The position numbers and the translations under genes were made by a program. From the IMG/VR virus record IMGVR_UViG_3300046009_003881, positions 1-58,222 of that record: a DNA stretch of 58,222 bases; one strand, written 5' to 3'. Shown here piece by piece: positions 44,040 to 52,642 of this stretch; position 1 is the stretch's first letter; the number at the start of each line of letters is the position of its first letter. This DNA is from a virus (taxonomy: Duplodnaviria > Caudoviricetes). The notes below the pieces were generated by a model that was not told where the DNA came from, ran no database searches, and saw only the letters and a program-made list of their open reading frames with translations.

Positions 44040-44220
44040 CGTCTATTGATTTGATTAGATTTTTCATTTCAAGAATAACGGATATAGCGATGCGCTTCGA
44101 TTCCTTGGTATCCTTATCAACCAAGCTTTCGTACAGACAAGTAATAGAGTCGTGGTATTCTTGGGTCAGAATTGATATTCTCCAAGCCCTATCGATTTCT
44201 AGCTTCTTGTTATTTTCCAT
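44023..44220 (-). CDS. Hypothetical protein (65 aa)
   Basis: ORF track; overlaps neighbours. Confidence 0.65.
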   Translation of the reverse strand: MENNKKLEIDRAWRISILTQEYHDSITCLYESLVDKDTKESKRIAISVILEMKNLIKSIDDDIRT

Positions 44221-44698
44221 TCTGTCTTTCCTTGAATACCTGCTGCAAAAAGAACTCTACTTCTTCTTCTTCTCCAGGTGGTGTGTACTTTGCAATTACA
44301 TCAATGATATATCCTAGCCTGCTGTACTTGCGTATAATCTTCCTCAGCTTTTTGTTTTCGCTAACGTCCTCGCTGCTGTTAACCTCTATGTCCTTTGCCT
44401 CACCAGGATAATACCCAAGTTCTTCTGCAAAGATAGACATACAATCGTCGTACATTTTTGTGATTCTCTTGTCGGTTTTGTACAGCTTATTGAATGCCTT
44501 TTCGTAGTATATAATACTAGAATGATCTTTCCCGAGAAAGTTTCCTATTGAATTGTACGTATGTCCTCTCTCCCTTAAGATTTTTGAGAAGCACATCTTA
44601 GCTTCGACAACCGGTCTGAGTCTTCTCATTAACTTCAAATCCATTCCGGTTACATTGCTAACAATTTTAGCAACCAATTTTATTTCTTGATTATTCAT
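44210..44698 (-). CDS. DnaA domain IV-like HTH protein (162 aa)
   Basis: TYNSIGNFLGKDHSSIIY resembles DnaA SLPEIG..FGGRDHTTVLH. Confidence 0.75.
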   Translation of the reverse strand: MNNQEIKLVAKIVSNVTGMDLKLMRRLRPVVEAKMCFSKILRERGHTYNSIGNFLGKDHSSIIYYEKAFNKLYKTDKRITKMYDDCMSIFAEELGYYPGEAKDIEVNSSEDVSENKKLRKIIRKYSRLGYIIDVIAKYTPPGEEEEVEFFLQQVFKERQNGK

Positions 44699-44952
44699 TT
44701 TGCACTGTCCTTTGTTACTACGTTTATACCTCTTGATTCAAGTTCTTTCTTTCTGTACTCTTGGAGCGGACTTGATTTACCACCTGGTCTTTTCACCTCA
44801 ACGAATAGAACGTCCGAGTTGTTTGGTATCGCTATCAGATCGGGTATCCCATTCTTGTTGGTCAGTGAAAGCTTGATCACATAGTAGCCCTTGCCTTCTA
44901 GATCCTTTATGATCGCGGCTTGTATGGGTTGCTCGGTCTGTTTCTTCTTCAC
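44695..44952 (-). CDS. VRR-NUC nuclease (85 aa)
   Basis: GIPDL, FVEVK, SPLQ motifs; next to helicase. Confidence 0.88.
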   Translation of the reverse strand: MKKKQTEQPIQAAIIKDLEGKGYYVIKLSLTNKNGIPDLIAIPNNSDVLFVEVKRPGGKSSPLQEYRKKELESRGINVVTKDSAK

Positions 44953-46175
44953 TTGATTGTTCTTTTAAAGTGAGATAGCGTGTAGTCCTTCTTCTTGGAC
45001 ACAGCCTTGTAGATATCGTCCTCGATTCCATTGTTTGAGAAGATCCAAAACACATTGTTCTGAAGCCTGTCCTTTGTGGTCATCCTATCCCTTGACTGCC
45101 AGTAGCTAGTAGCACTGAAGTCGATGTTGTAGTAGACAATGAAGTCAGCATTCTTCAGCGACACGCCCTCCCTGCCCGATACAATCTGAAGTGCTATGCT
45201 CTTGCCGGTTGAATTGAACTCGTCTAGTTCCGTGGTAATCCCATCACCATACACCTGCTTGATGGCGTTCAGTTCCTCCTTGAACTTGTAGAATATCCCA
45301 ATCTTATTCAGACAGAAGTTGTTGTGTATGAACGTAGCCTTTGAATCATCAATCACCATAGAGCTTCCGCTCTCAAACTTTATTGTTCCCGAGCATAGCT
45401 GATGCAGCTTGGTCATAAGTTTTACCGGTGTATCCGCAAGGATAACCTCCTCCTTTCCTTGGATGACTAGGTTCTTCTTGAGCGCATCAATCAACTTATA
45501 GGTTGATTCTTTTAGGTCAACCCTATAGATCTTCTCTTCAATCACCGATGCGAACCCTGCCTCTTGCTGCGTGTACGAGATCATATACGGCTGCATCAAG
45601 TTCATAATGGAGTCGCGTCCTCTGCTGTAGTCCTTTACTTGGAATCCGTTGATTGGTCTTTGAGTTACGTTGACGTGGTCATCACAGAATCTGTAGAAGT
45701 TCTTGTACTTGGAGAATGGATTTCCAGGGATCGAGTAAACTTGATGGTATATCTGCGAGTAGGACTCGGGTGTCGGTGTTCCGGATAAGAGGATGACCTT
45801 GCACTTAGTCTTTGATACGATGGACTTAATTGCTAAGGCTCTGTTGCTAGGCTTCGGGAACGCACCCATACCGTGAGCTTCATCGCAGATCAGTAAGTCC
45901 CAATTCATATCGGGGTCAATAGTATGAAGGCTCTCGTAGTTTATCACACAGATTGCGAACGATGGCTTCAGCTCGTTGTAGTCTGACACGATCGAGCTTA
46001 TTGCTTTCTTCTTTGTTACAAATAGTACTAGCTCACTTCCTATTTTATCTGCAATGGATAGCGCAGTGATTGTCTTTCCGGTTCGTACCTCCATAGATAA
46101 GTACACGAACCCTTCGTCCATTACTATCCTAGTGGCTTCGTCACAAATTGACTGTTGATAATCTCTTAGTTCCAT
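44949..46175 (-). CDS. SF2 (SNF2-like) helicase (408 aa)
   Basis: LRDYQ, RTGKT, DEAH, LSGTP, GREGVSL, QSRDR. Confidence 0.9.
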   Translation of the reverse strand: MELRDYQQSICDEATRIVMDEGFVYLSMEVRTGKTITALSIADKIGSELVLFVTKKKAISSIVSDYNELKPSFAICVINYESLHTIDPDMNWDLLICDEAHGMGAFPKPSNRALAIKSIVSKTKCKVILLSGTPTPESYSQIYHQVYSIPGNPFSKYKNFYRFCDDHVNVTQRPINGFQVKDYSRGRDSIMNLMQPYMISYTQQEAGFASVIEEKIYRVDLKESTYKLIDALKKNLVIQGKEEVILADTPVKLMTKLHQLCSGTIKFESGSSMVIDDSKATFIHNNFCLNKIGIFYKFKEELNAIKQVYGDGITTELDEFNSTGKSIALQIVSGREGVSLKNADFIVYYNIDFSATSYWQSRDRMTTKDRLQNNVFWIFSNNGIEDDIYKAVSKKKDYTLSHFKRTIK

Positions 46176-46190
46176 AGTGTAGTGTGGTTA

Positions 46191-46216
46191 GCCACCCCTA
46201 GTTTCCTAGAGGTGGC
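46191..46216 (-). promoter_or_regulatory. GAAA-tetraloop hairpin 15 nt upstream of the helicase ATG, no U tract
   Basis: GCCACCTCTAG-GAAA-CTAGGGGTGGC on the - strand. Confidence 0.6.
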
Positions 46217-46223
46217 AATGATA

Positions 46224-46475
46224 TTACCATTGAGATTCGTTTGTAACACAGAAGTTGTCACCTACGTAGTTATTTGCCCAGGTGTACTCATCAAAACAAA
46301 ATCTCTTTGTGTTATTGGTGCAATCATTTCTGATATCTAACCAACTGCAGTCACCGGTGATACCATCACTAACGATGATTCCACAGTTACATTCTTCATC
46401 CTTTGAGCAGGATGCCATTACAAGGGTTAATGCTATAACCCCAAAAAAACTCATCAATTTATTCATTGTTTTCAT
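46224..46475 (-). CDS. Cys-rich lipoprotein (~83 aa)
   Basis: Signal peptide with MASC lipobox; six further Cys. Confidence 0.75.
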   Translation of the reverse strand: MKTMNKLMSFFGVIALTLVMASCSKDEECNCGIIVSDGITGDCSWLDIRNDCTNNTKRFCFDEYTWANNYVGDNFCVTNESQW

Positions 46476-46476
46476 C

Positions 46477-46665
46477 TTAACTAAATAGTGTTTGTTGTTT
46501 AATTTCATTTGGATTTATGTATTTGGTAAGCTCTTCGTCAAGCTCCTTCTCTAGTTGCTTCTTCTTTCCGGAGACTGATCGGTCTCCCTTCTCGTAAGTC
46601 TTTTGTACGTGCCTGACTCTTGCTACGAGATTCAAGAATCTTTGTGGCGATAGTGGATCACTCAT
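46477..46665 (-). CDS. Hypothetical protein (62 aa)
   Basis: ORF track. Confidence 0.65.
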   Translation of the reverse strand: MSDPLSPQRFLNLVARVRHVQKTYEKGDRSVSGKKKQLEKELDEELTKYINPNEIKQQTLFS

Positions 46666-46871
46666 TCGTCACCTCCAATATTTTCTATTTCTTGTTTAAC
46701 CTCATCCAAATACTTATTGTAACCATCTGTGTTAAGTATATTTTCTTTTGCAAATTTTACCGCTATCAATGCACATTGCTTTGCAAAGTATAGAGTTATT
46801 AGACTTGCTGAATTAGAATGAGCCTTGTACATTTCCTTCACTAACTCTTCTGCTTTTTCTTTTGCTTTCAT
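46662..46871 (-). CDS. Small conserved phage protein (69 aa, KEKAEELV...AKQCALIAV)
   Basis: ORF track; AT-rich; ATGA overlaps on both sides. Confidence 0.75.
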   Translation of the reverse strand: MKAKEKAEELVKEMYKAHSNSASLITLYFAKQCALIAVKFAKENILNTDGYNKYLDEVKQEIENIGGDE

Positions 46872-47104
46872 TTGTCACCTCCGTATGTTTCGTTGTAGTA
46901 TTGTTCTGCTGATAACCATATAATCATTTCATCCCACTCTCTTGCAGTTTTATAACCATCACTTTTACCTTCATCAAATGAATTAATTATCTGCTCCTCA
47001 AACATTGCTTCTGCTTGATCAACCAATTCCTTTCTAATGAAGGTTGAGTTGTGGCAGTCGGCATTAACCTGCTCGACTAGCCACTGTACTACCGTTTGTT
47101 TCAT
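46868..47104 (-). CDS. Small conserved phage protein (78 aa, MKQTVVQWL...AEQYYNETY)
   Basis: ORF track. Confidence 0.75.
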   Translation of the reverse strand: MKQTVVQWLVEQVNADCHNSTFIRKELVDQAEAMFEEQIINSFDEGKSDGYKTAREWDEMIIWLSAEQYYNETYGGDK

Positions 47105-47108
47105 CTTG

Positions 47109-47507
47109 TTATACTTGCTTTCGTTCTACCTTGTAAATCTCGTAGCCACCAATAGACTTGAGGAAGTCAACCGCTTGCTGCTCAGTGATGCTAGGTTTCT
47201 GCTGCTTAGTGAACAAGTTGGTTTGTTCCTTGCGCCCCTCTCTCTTTGCTCGGTACGACTTAGCCTTTTCTCTGTGAGTGTCTATGATAACTGCGGTGTT
47301 CCAAGGTGTTAGATCAAACTCTCCTACCCACTTATACACTCCCCTTTCTACTGTTGCAACAAGCCCCATTGAAGCTAGTGTACTGATAAGTGAACCGTCA
47401 ACCTTGTGCTTTCGTAGCATATCTTGTCCGTCAAAGGTTGTCTGACTGTGGCAGTCATCTATGAATGCTGCGTACTTCTGTTCTGTTACTGATGATGATT
47501 GTCTCAT
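47109..47507 (-). CDS. Hypothetical protein (132 aa), possible winged helix
   Basis: LASMGLVATVERGVYKW pattern. Confidence 0.7.
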   Translation of the reverse strand: MRQSSSVTEQKYAAFIDDCHSQTTFDGQDMLRKHKVDGSLISTLASMGLVATVERGVYKWVGEFDLTPWNTAVIIDTHREKAKSYRAKREGRKEQTNLFTKQQKPSITEQQAVDFLKSIGGYEIYKVERKQV

Positions 47508-47529
47508 TGTGATTGTGATTTGATTATTA

Positions 47530-48174
47530 TTAAAATTCAGAAATGTTTCCCTCTACAAGGTGTATGTATCCAGATTGGTATGGTGTATACTCCACGTCAT
47601 TGATTGTCCATCCGTTATCGGGGCAGTCACCCTGCCCATTGCATAGTAGTGCAGCCCAACAGATCTGACTATTCATATACCATCTGCCGGTCAGCTCGTC
47701 GAGTACCCAAGTTCTAATCTCTTGTACGCCTTGACAAGTTAGGGATCCGTAGTCATCGATTGGCAGCGTGTACCAATTCACCTGCATCATAGTGTATGGA
47801 TTCTCCTCGGGGTAGATCCCGTACCAAGGATTCCTTGACTGATAGATGAACGTGAACCTATCCTTGTCGTAGTCTGTGCTATCCGCTGTCCAGTCGGGCA
47901 GAGAGATGAAGTACACTACTTGACCATCGGGTTGTATGATTGCTGACAGATTATCCCAAGCCGTATTGCACCCCTCGTTTACGAATGGCTGCAGTGCAGG
48001 GATAAAATCAGGGATCACGTTGCCATCCTCATCGTACAAGATATCTTGTGGTAGGATTGGAGGAACTTGATCAACAGAGTTTTGGTTTTGAACTTGACTC
48101 GGAATGTTATCGAACCAAGTTGATGGTGTGCAAGATGCTAGAAGCATCAACAAGAATAGGGTGGTGGTTTTCAT
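47530..48174 (-). CDS. Acidic lipoprotein (~214 aa)
   Basis: MKTTTLFLLMLLASC lipobox; start moved to 48174. Confidence 0.75.
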   Translation of the reverse strand: MKTTTLFLLMLLASCTPSTWFDNIPSQVQNQNSVDQVPPILPQDILYDEDGNVIPDFIPALQPFVNEGCNTAWDNLSAIIQPDGQVVYFISLPDWTADSTDYDKDRFTFIYQSRNPWYGIYPEENPYTMMQVNWYTLPIDDYGSLTCQGVQEIRTWVLDELTGRWYMNSQICWAALLCNGQGDCPDNGWTINDVEYTPYQSGYIHLVEGNISEF

Positions 48175-48191
48175 TTTACTTTTATTGTTTG

Positions 48192-48863
48192 TTAAATAAG
48201 TTTGCTCCACTGATCGGCTATCGCATCAGCCATACCTTGAAACGTCTTGCTTCTTAGTGACTGCCTTTCCTCCTTGGTCTTTGCCTTTGCCAATGCATCA
48301 GCGTACCAAGACGGGTGCGACTTTCCACTAGCAAAGGTAGTTCTGTCACCCTTACCAACAACATCCGTATGCTCTAGCTTTGGAAGGTTCTTCAGCCATA
48401 GGCACGTAGTCTTAGTTGCCTCGTCACCGAAGTGATACGGCTGAACTATTTGGTCGGGCTTTCTCCATCTGCTTGACAGCAAGCCAACGGGATTCTCAAT
48501 TGCTATCCTATCGATGTCAGCGTTGTAAAGTTTCTTCACGAACTCTACACTGTCCATCATATCTTTTCTTCTGTTTGGATACAACGGATGTGGTCTTCTC
48601 TCGTCAAAATCTAGAGCCTTGTCCTCGGGATGCGATAGCCACTGCACCGAACTTCCAGCTAGGAATGTACACGGTGGGTGCGCTATCATTAGGTCAAACT
48701 TCATAACCCTTAGCAGATCAAACACGTCACCGTGGAAGTGCCACTCGGGATGACCACCGCTACACGGAAGTAGATCGCAGGAGTAGGCTTCGATGCCTAT
48801 CTTTCTAAATGCTTTGGTGATTGCTTGGCTTTCTTCGCAAGCAACAAGTACCCTCTTACTCAT
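48192..48863 (-). CDS. DNA cytosine-5 methyltransferase-like protein (223 aa, short phage type)
   Basis: HPPC catalytic motif IV, ENPV motif VI, atypical motif I VLVACEES. Confidence 0.8.
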   Translation of the reverse strand: MSKRVLVACEESQAITKAFRKIGIEAYSCDLLPCSGGHPEWHFHGDVFDLLRVMKFDLMIAHPPCTFLAGSSVQWLSHPEDKALDFDERRPHPLYPNRRKDMMDSVEFVKKLYNADIDRIAIENPVGLLSSRWRKPDQIVQPYHFGDEATKTTCLWLKNLPKLEHTDVVGKGDRTTFASGKSHPSWYADALAKAKTKEERQSLRSKTFQGMADAIADQWSKLI

Positions 48864-51277
48864 ACTGTTTCTGTATTTGATTGTGATTCGTTTCTCTTTC
48901 TTATTCTAACCCATCTTCCATTCATATCCCTTCCTTCCTCCGGAGTTAGTCCCTCCTTGAATAAGGCGAATGCAATTACCCACTTGTAGAACCTAGTCCT
49001 GCTGATTGTCATCTTTGCTTTCGGACCGTAGTCGGGGTACTCAGCTATGAAGTCGTTGTATAGATCCTGCTTGTAACTTCTTACTCCAGTCTCTAGCGCC
49101 TTGTTCTCCTCGTTGCCATCGGTCAGTCCACACCATTCAATAAAGTCGTGGCAAGTTTCTGCTGACAGCTGCCTGATCTTTAAGTTCACGAACTTAGACT
49201 TCACAAGACCCGTGCTTAAGTAAGTCTTCAAGTTGTTGATCATATAGTTGTCGAACTCACACCACTCCTCATCGTTCCAATCCGTGAACAAGTCCTTCTC
49301 GAACTCATCCCTTGGGGTGAAGCTCATATTGTAGTGCTGATGAAACTCAAGCTCCCACTTCCTTCGGGCAAATGAATTGCCTGCTCCCTTGATTGCGTAG
49401 TTGGTAGTGATGGCAATCTTCGGTGACTTGCTGAATGGAATCTTAATTGCGTCCTTGTTCTTCTTCTCTAGCGTCAGTCCTTCGGTGACAACCGAGAACA
49501 GTCTCTCGAAGTCGAAGTACTTCTTAACGTCATCGAACACAAGTATCTGTGTGTCGGCTGATACAAGTTGGTACGGGAATGACTTCTCAAAGTTGAACGC
49601 CTTGCCATCAATGGTCACGGTCTTCTTCATATTGCTTAGTGAAGTCATAAACAATCCCTTGCCCGTTCCACCCTCGGGGTTATCCGAGATGACCTCGTCA
49701 TTCAGTATAACCGCAGGACAAAACGATAGGCTCTTGTATCCGTGCATCAAGAATCCGATCGTACTCTCCATTGACTTCACTCTGTTCTCGTCACCACCAT
49801 TGATGTTGCTGATGAACTTTCTGAAGTCACACCTACCGGTCACGCTGCATATGGAAAAGATTCTGTCAATAACGTGATCCTTCCAAACGTAACCGCCAAG
49901 GTCTAGGTAATCGATTGGCACTATGCTATCCTTGGTCACCTTGACTGCGCAGTTTCTGTAGTATAGGTATGCACTATCCTTGGTGTCCTCAATGAAGTAG
50001 ATGTCAATCGTTGAGAGCATTGATAGGAACTCCTCCTTGAAGAACCTCGTGTTGTCAGCGAAGTAATTGTACACGCTGATGTCATCGAGTTCAAGCAGAT
50101 GGTTTAGAACGAAGTCCTTAATCTCCTTCTCTGAGGTGTGGTCAATCAAGTTGTTGGTGACCTTAACGAACACGTAGTTCTTTCCACCCTCGGGGCAGTA
50201 CTTGTAGAACCCCGAGTCTTCTAGGAAGTGCTTGAAGAAAACGTGCATTACCTTGATGATTCCCTTATCGTTCTTAGTCCAGAAGATTTGCTTTGCATTC
50301 TCCTCCTCAACCTTTAGCAGAACTGAATCGATCGTCTCGCCATCTAGGTGGGATTCTTGTAGCTGATGGCGTATCTCTTTTTTTGATATGCCCCTCCTCA
50401 ACTTTGCCTTTATAGAGTTGACACGTTCTTCGTCCTCATAGTACTTCGTTCCGAAGTTTTGGGTGTTCTGATATGCCGAGTCTATAGTTCGTTGAATTTC
50501 GGCTATCGAGAAATCGTCAGAGGCATAGTTGTTCAGTACATAGGATGCTAAACTTTTGTTTATACCGAAGTCATTGAACGCCATTGCCAAGACGTACACG
50601 TTCTGATTCCTTTGTCCCTCAACCATTGGATACTTCTTGTACCACCACTTGACCAGGATATCAACGATCCTATTCTCGTCAGTGATTGGAATGGTTGGTA
50701 TGTCCCTATGCTTTGTGACCTCCTTGTACTCCGGCTCCTCAATGAGATCCCATATCGATGAGTTGTCATTCACGTAGATGAGCGGATCGTATGACTCGTA
50801 GCAAACTCTACTGATGTTCTTTGATGTCTTGTCGAAGTAGGTTGAGTTGAAGTACTTCTCAAGTGAGTTGAAGTAGTTGATGTGGTTCTCGATGTCAGCA
50901 GGAATCTTAACGAGAACCTTCAATCCATTTCCAGATGGTGATATGAATACTGAGAACACGTACTTGTTCTTGCTTAGGTTCTCCTTGTCTTGGAGCAATG
51001 TTTTCTGCTTCTCATACCCATCGAAGTCTAGGCATATCAATCCCGAGTGGTCAACGACTGCACTGTCCGCTCTCTTAGTGAACTTTCCACTAAAGCATAT
51101 GGCAGGTAGCTGCTTCTTCAATTCGTTTCTCTCGGGCTTTCTCTTCTCTGCTCTAATCTTCTTGACGATATCCTTTGATGATCCCTCCTTGATTCTCTCT
51201 AGTATTTTTCCAACCTCACGGTAGAACGGAGTGTCCGTTTCACGTATGCTTTGGAAGATTGTGACAGTTGATGTCAT
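48860..51277 (-). CDS. Primase-helicase (VirE-N/BT4734-like primase, PriCT-like domain, P-loop helicase; 805 aa)
   Basis: ICLDFD, SPSGNGLK, GQRN, GGTGKG Walker A, VFDD Walker B. Confidence 0.88.
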   Translation of the reverse strand: MTSTVTIFQSIRETDTPFYREVGKILERIKEGSSKDIVKKIRAEKRKPERNELKKQLPAICFSGKFTKRADSAVVDHSGLICLDFDGYEKQKTLLQDKENLSKNKYVFSVFISPSGNGLKVLVKIPADIENHINYFNSLEKYFNSTYFDKTSKNISRVCYESYDPLIYVNDNSSIWDLIEEPEYKEVTKHRDIPTIPITDENRIVDILVKWWYKKYPMVEGQRNQNVYVLAMAFNDFGINKSLASYVLNNYASDDFSIAEIQRTIDSAYQNTQNFGTKYYEDEERVNSIKAKLRRGISKKEIRHQLQESHLDGETIDSVLLKVEEENAKQIFWTKNDKGIIKVMHVFFKHFLEDSGFYKYCPEGGKNYVFVKVTNNLIDHTSEKEIKDFVLNHLLELDDISVYNYFADNTRFFKEEFLSMLSTIDIYFIEDTKDSAYLYYRNCAVKVTKDSIVPIDYLDLGGYVWKDHVIDRIFSICSVTGRCDFRKFISNINGGDENRVKSMESTIGFLMHGYKSLSFCPAVILNDEVISDNPEGGTGKGLFMTSLSNMKKTVTIDGKAFNFEKSFPYQLVSADTQILVFDDVKKYFDFERLFSVVTEGLTLEKKNKDAIKIPFSKSPKIAITTNYAIKGAGNSFARRKWELEFHQHYNMSFTPRDEFEKDLFTDWNDEEWCEFDNYMINNLKTYLSTGLVKSKFVNLKIRQLSAETCHDFIEWCGLTDGNEENKALETGVRSYKQDLYNDFIAEYPDYGPKAKMTISRTRFYKWVIAFALFKEGLTPEEGRDMNGRWVRIRKRNESQSNTETV

Positions 51278-51429
51278 AACTATTACGATTTTATGTTACT
51301 TAACTAGTTGGTTTATATAGACTATGACAGTTATGTCAATTATTTCTTTAATGTAAATTAATAAATAATAGTAGTATAGTAAATATATATATAGAGATAT
51401 ATAGAGACTTCACTTCGACATTCCGTCAT
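51272..51429. other. AT-rich origin-like element B, overlapping the primase start; homologous to 3765-3921
   Basis: TGAC/GTCA iterons and ATATATATAGAGATATATAGAGA core. Confidence 0.6.
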
Positions 51430-51441
51430 ACTTAATGGGAT

Positions 51442-51469
51442 AAAAAAGGGGAAGTGACTCCCCTCTTTT
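51442..51469 (-). terminator. Intrinsic terminator after SSB, possibly bidirectional
   Basis: AAAAA-AGGGGA-agtgac-TCCCCT-CTTTT. Confidence 0.65.
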
Positions 51470-51488
51470 AATTGTATGTGTCTGATTA

Positions 51489-51791
51489 TCAGAAGGGAAG
51501 GTCTTCCTCCTCACTCGCACTTGCTTGTGGTGCTGCTGCACTTGGCTTACCAGATGAAGCGTCATTTGACTTTGTTGATTCGAAGGTGTCGAGTTCAACG
51601 TAGTAGTTTCCACTTCGTGCTTTCTTGATGTCTAGGTTTACCCAACCATTCTTTTGGTGTTCGTTGATGAACGCGATTGCTTCGCTTGCCTTTAGCGATA
51701 GTCTTCCGATAACGAAGTCCGGAGCCTTCTCACTTCTCTTGAAGATGAATCCATCTGCAAACACCTTGTCTGTTTCATTTGACTGTGACAT
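51489..51791 (-). CDS. ssb: Single-stranded DNA-binding protein (100 aa)
   Basis: Flexible linker and acidic EEEDLPF tail; in recombination cluster. Confidence 0.75.
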   Translation of the reverse strand: MSQSNETDKVFADGFIFKRSEKAPDFVIGRLSLKASEAIAFINEHQKNGWVNLDIKKARSGNYYVELDTFESTKSNDASSGKPSAAAPQASASEEEDLPF

Positions 51792-51813
51792 TTTTGTCCT
51801 TTGTTTTTTTGTT

Positions 51814-51872
51814 GCCCTAATCTATTTGTAAACTGAGGGGTGAATCTTTAGGGCTAAACTCACCACCTCAGT
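51814..51872 (-). ncRNA. H-type RNA pseudoknot in the SSB 5' leader
   Basis: S1 ACTGAGG(T)GGTGAGTTT/AGATTCACCCCTCAGT; loop A+GCCCTAA pairs with downstream TTAGGGC. Confidence 0.65.
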
Positions 51873-51888
51873 GTCTCTTTAAAGATAC
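51873..51888. repeat. Degenerate dyad GTCTC-TTTAAA-GATAC (copy 8)
   Basis: One mismatch to consensus; between exonuclease stop and pseudoknot. Confidence 0.65.
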
Positions 51889-51894
51889 GAATTT

Positions 51895-52641
51895 TTAAAG
51901 CGTTTCGTTGATAAAGTAATTCTCCACATCCTCAGTGGCACTTGCTCCGAAGTACTTCTCGTGTACCTCAACAGCCATACGCACCTTGTCCTCTCCACCC
52001 TTGATGAACTCATCCGAGCAGTGGTAGATGCCGACTTGCTTGGTCACCTTGTCGATGGCATAGAACGCCAGTGGCTTTCCGAACAGTCGTTGGTAGATGT
52101 AAGCTTGGCTGTCGTAGTTGTACTTCTTTGCCGACCATCTGAACGATGCGATGTCTGATGTGGTCTTAAGGTCAATGAGGAAGTCATTGCACTCGATGTC
52201 CGTCTTCCCCTTCCACATACGTCCGCAGATCTCACCGATAGCAGGCTTCTCTACTTGATTGCCATCAGCGTAGATGTCATCAAAGAACTTGATGTTCTTC
52301 TTCATCACTTGCGTCAGCCCAACGATGTTGTCGTACTCGCTCTTGAGCAGAGCAAAGTCTAGGTTGTTGACGGTAACAAACTCCTTGTAGATGTTTGTTG
52401 TTCTCGTGCTACAGTCCACGTACATTGTGTCGGCTGCCTTCTCGGGTTCAAGAAGTAGTTGGTGAAACAATCTCCCCTCAGCGAAGTTCTTATTGTCATC
52501 CCTTGTCTTGCCAAAGAGTTGGGGATTTGAAAGGAGAACCCCAATGTCTGAGTTGGATAGGTAGAACTTACCGATTCCACGGTAGTACTCTGAATCATCC
52601 TTGAGTTGTTCTATGATTCGAGATTTTTGTTCTTCTAGCAT
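51895..52641 (-). CDS. PD-(D/E)XK exonuclease, RecE/ExoVIII-like (248 aa)
   Basis: LSNSD, WKGKTD, IDLKTT, YDSQAYIY motifs. Confidence 0.85.
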   Translation of the reverse strand: MLEEQKSRIIEQLKDDSEYYRGIGKFYLSNSDIGVLLSNPQLFGKTRDDNKNFAEGRLFHQLLLEPEKAADTMYVDCSTRTTNIYKEFVTVNNLDFALLKSEYDNIVGLTQVMKKNIKFFDDIYADGNQVEKPAIGEICGRMWKGKTDIECNDFLIDLKTTSDIASFRWSAKKYNYDSQAYIYQRLFGKPLAFYAIDKVTKQVGIYHCSDEFIKGGEDKVRMAVEVHEKYFGASATEDVENYFINETL

Positions 52642-52642
52642 C

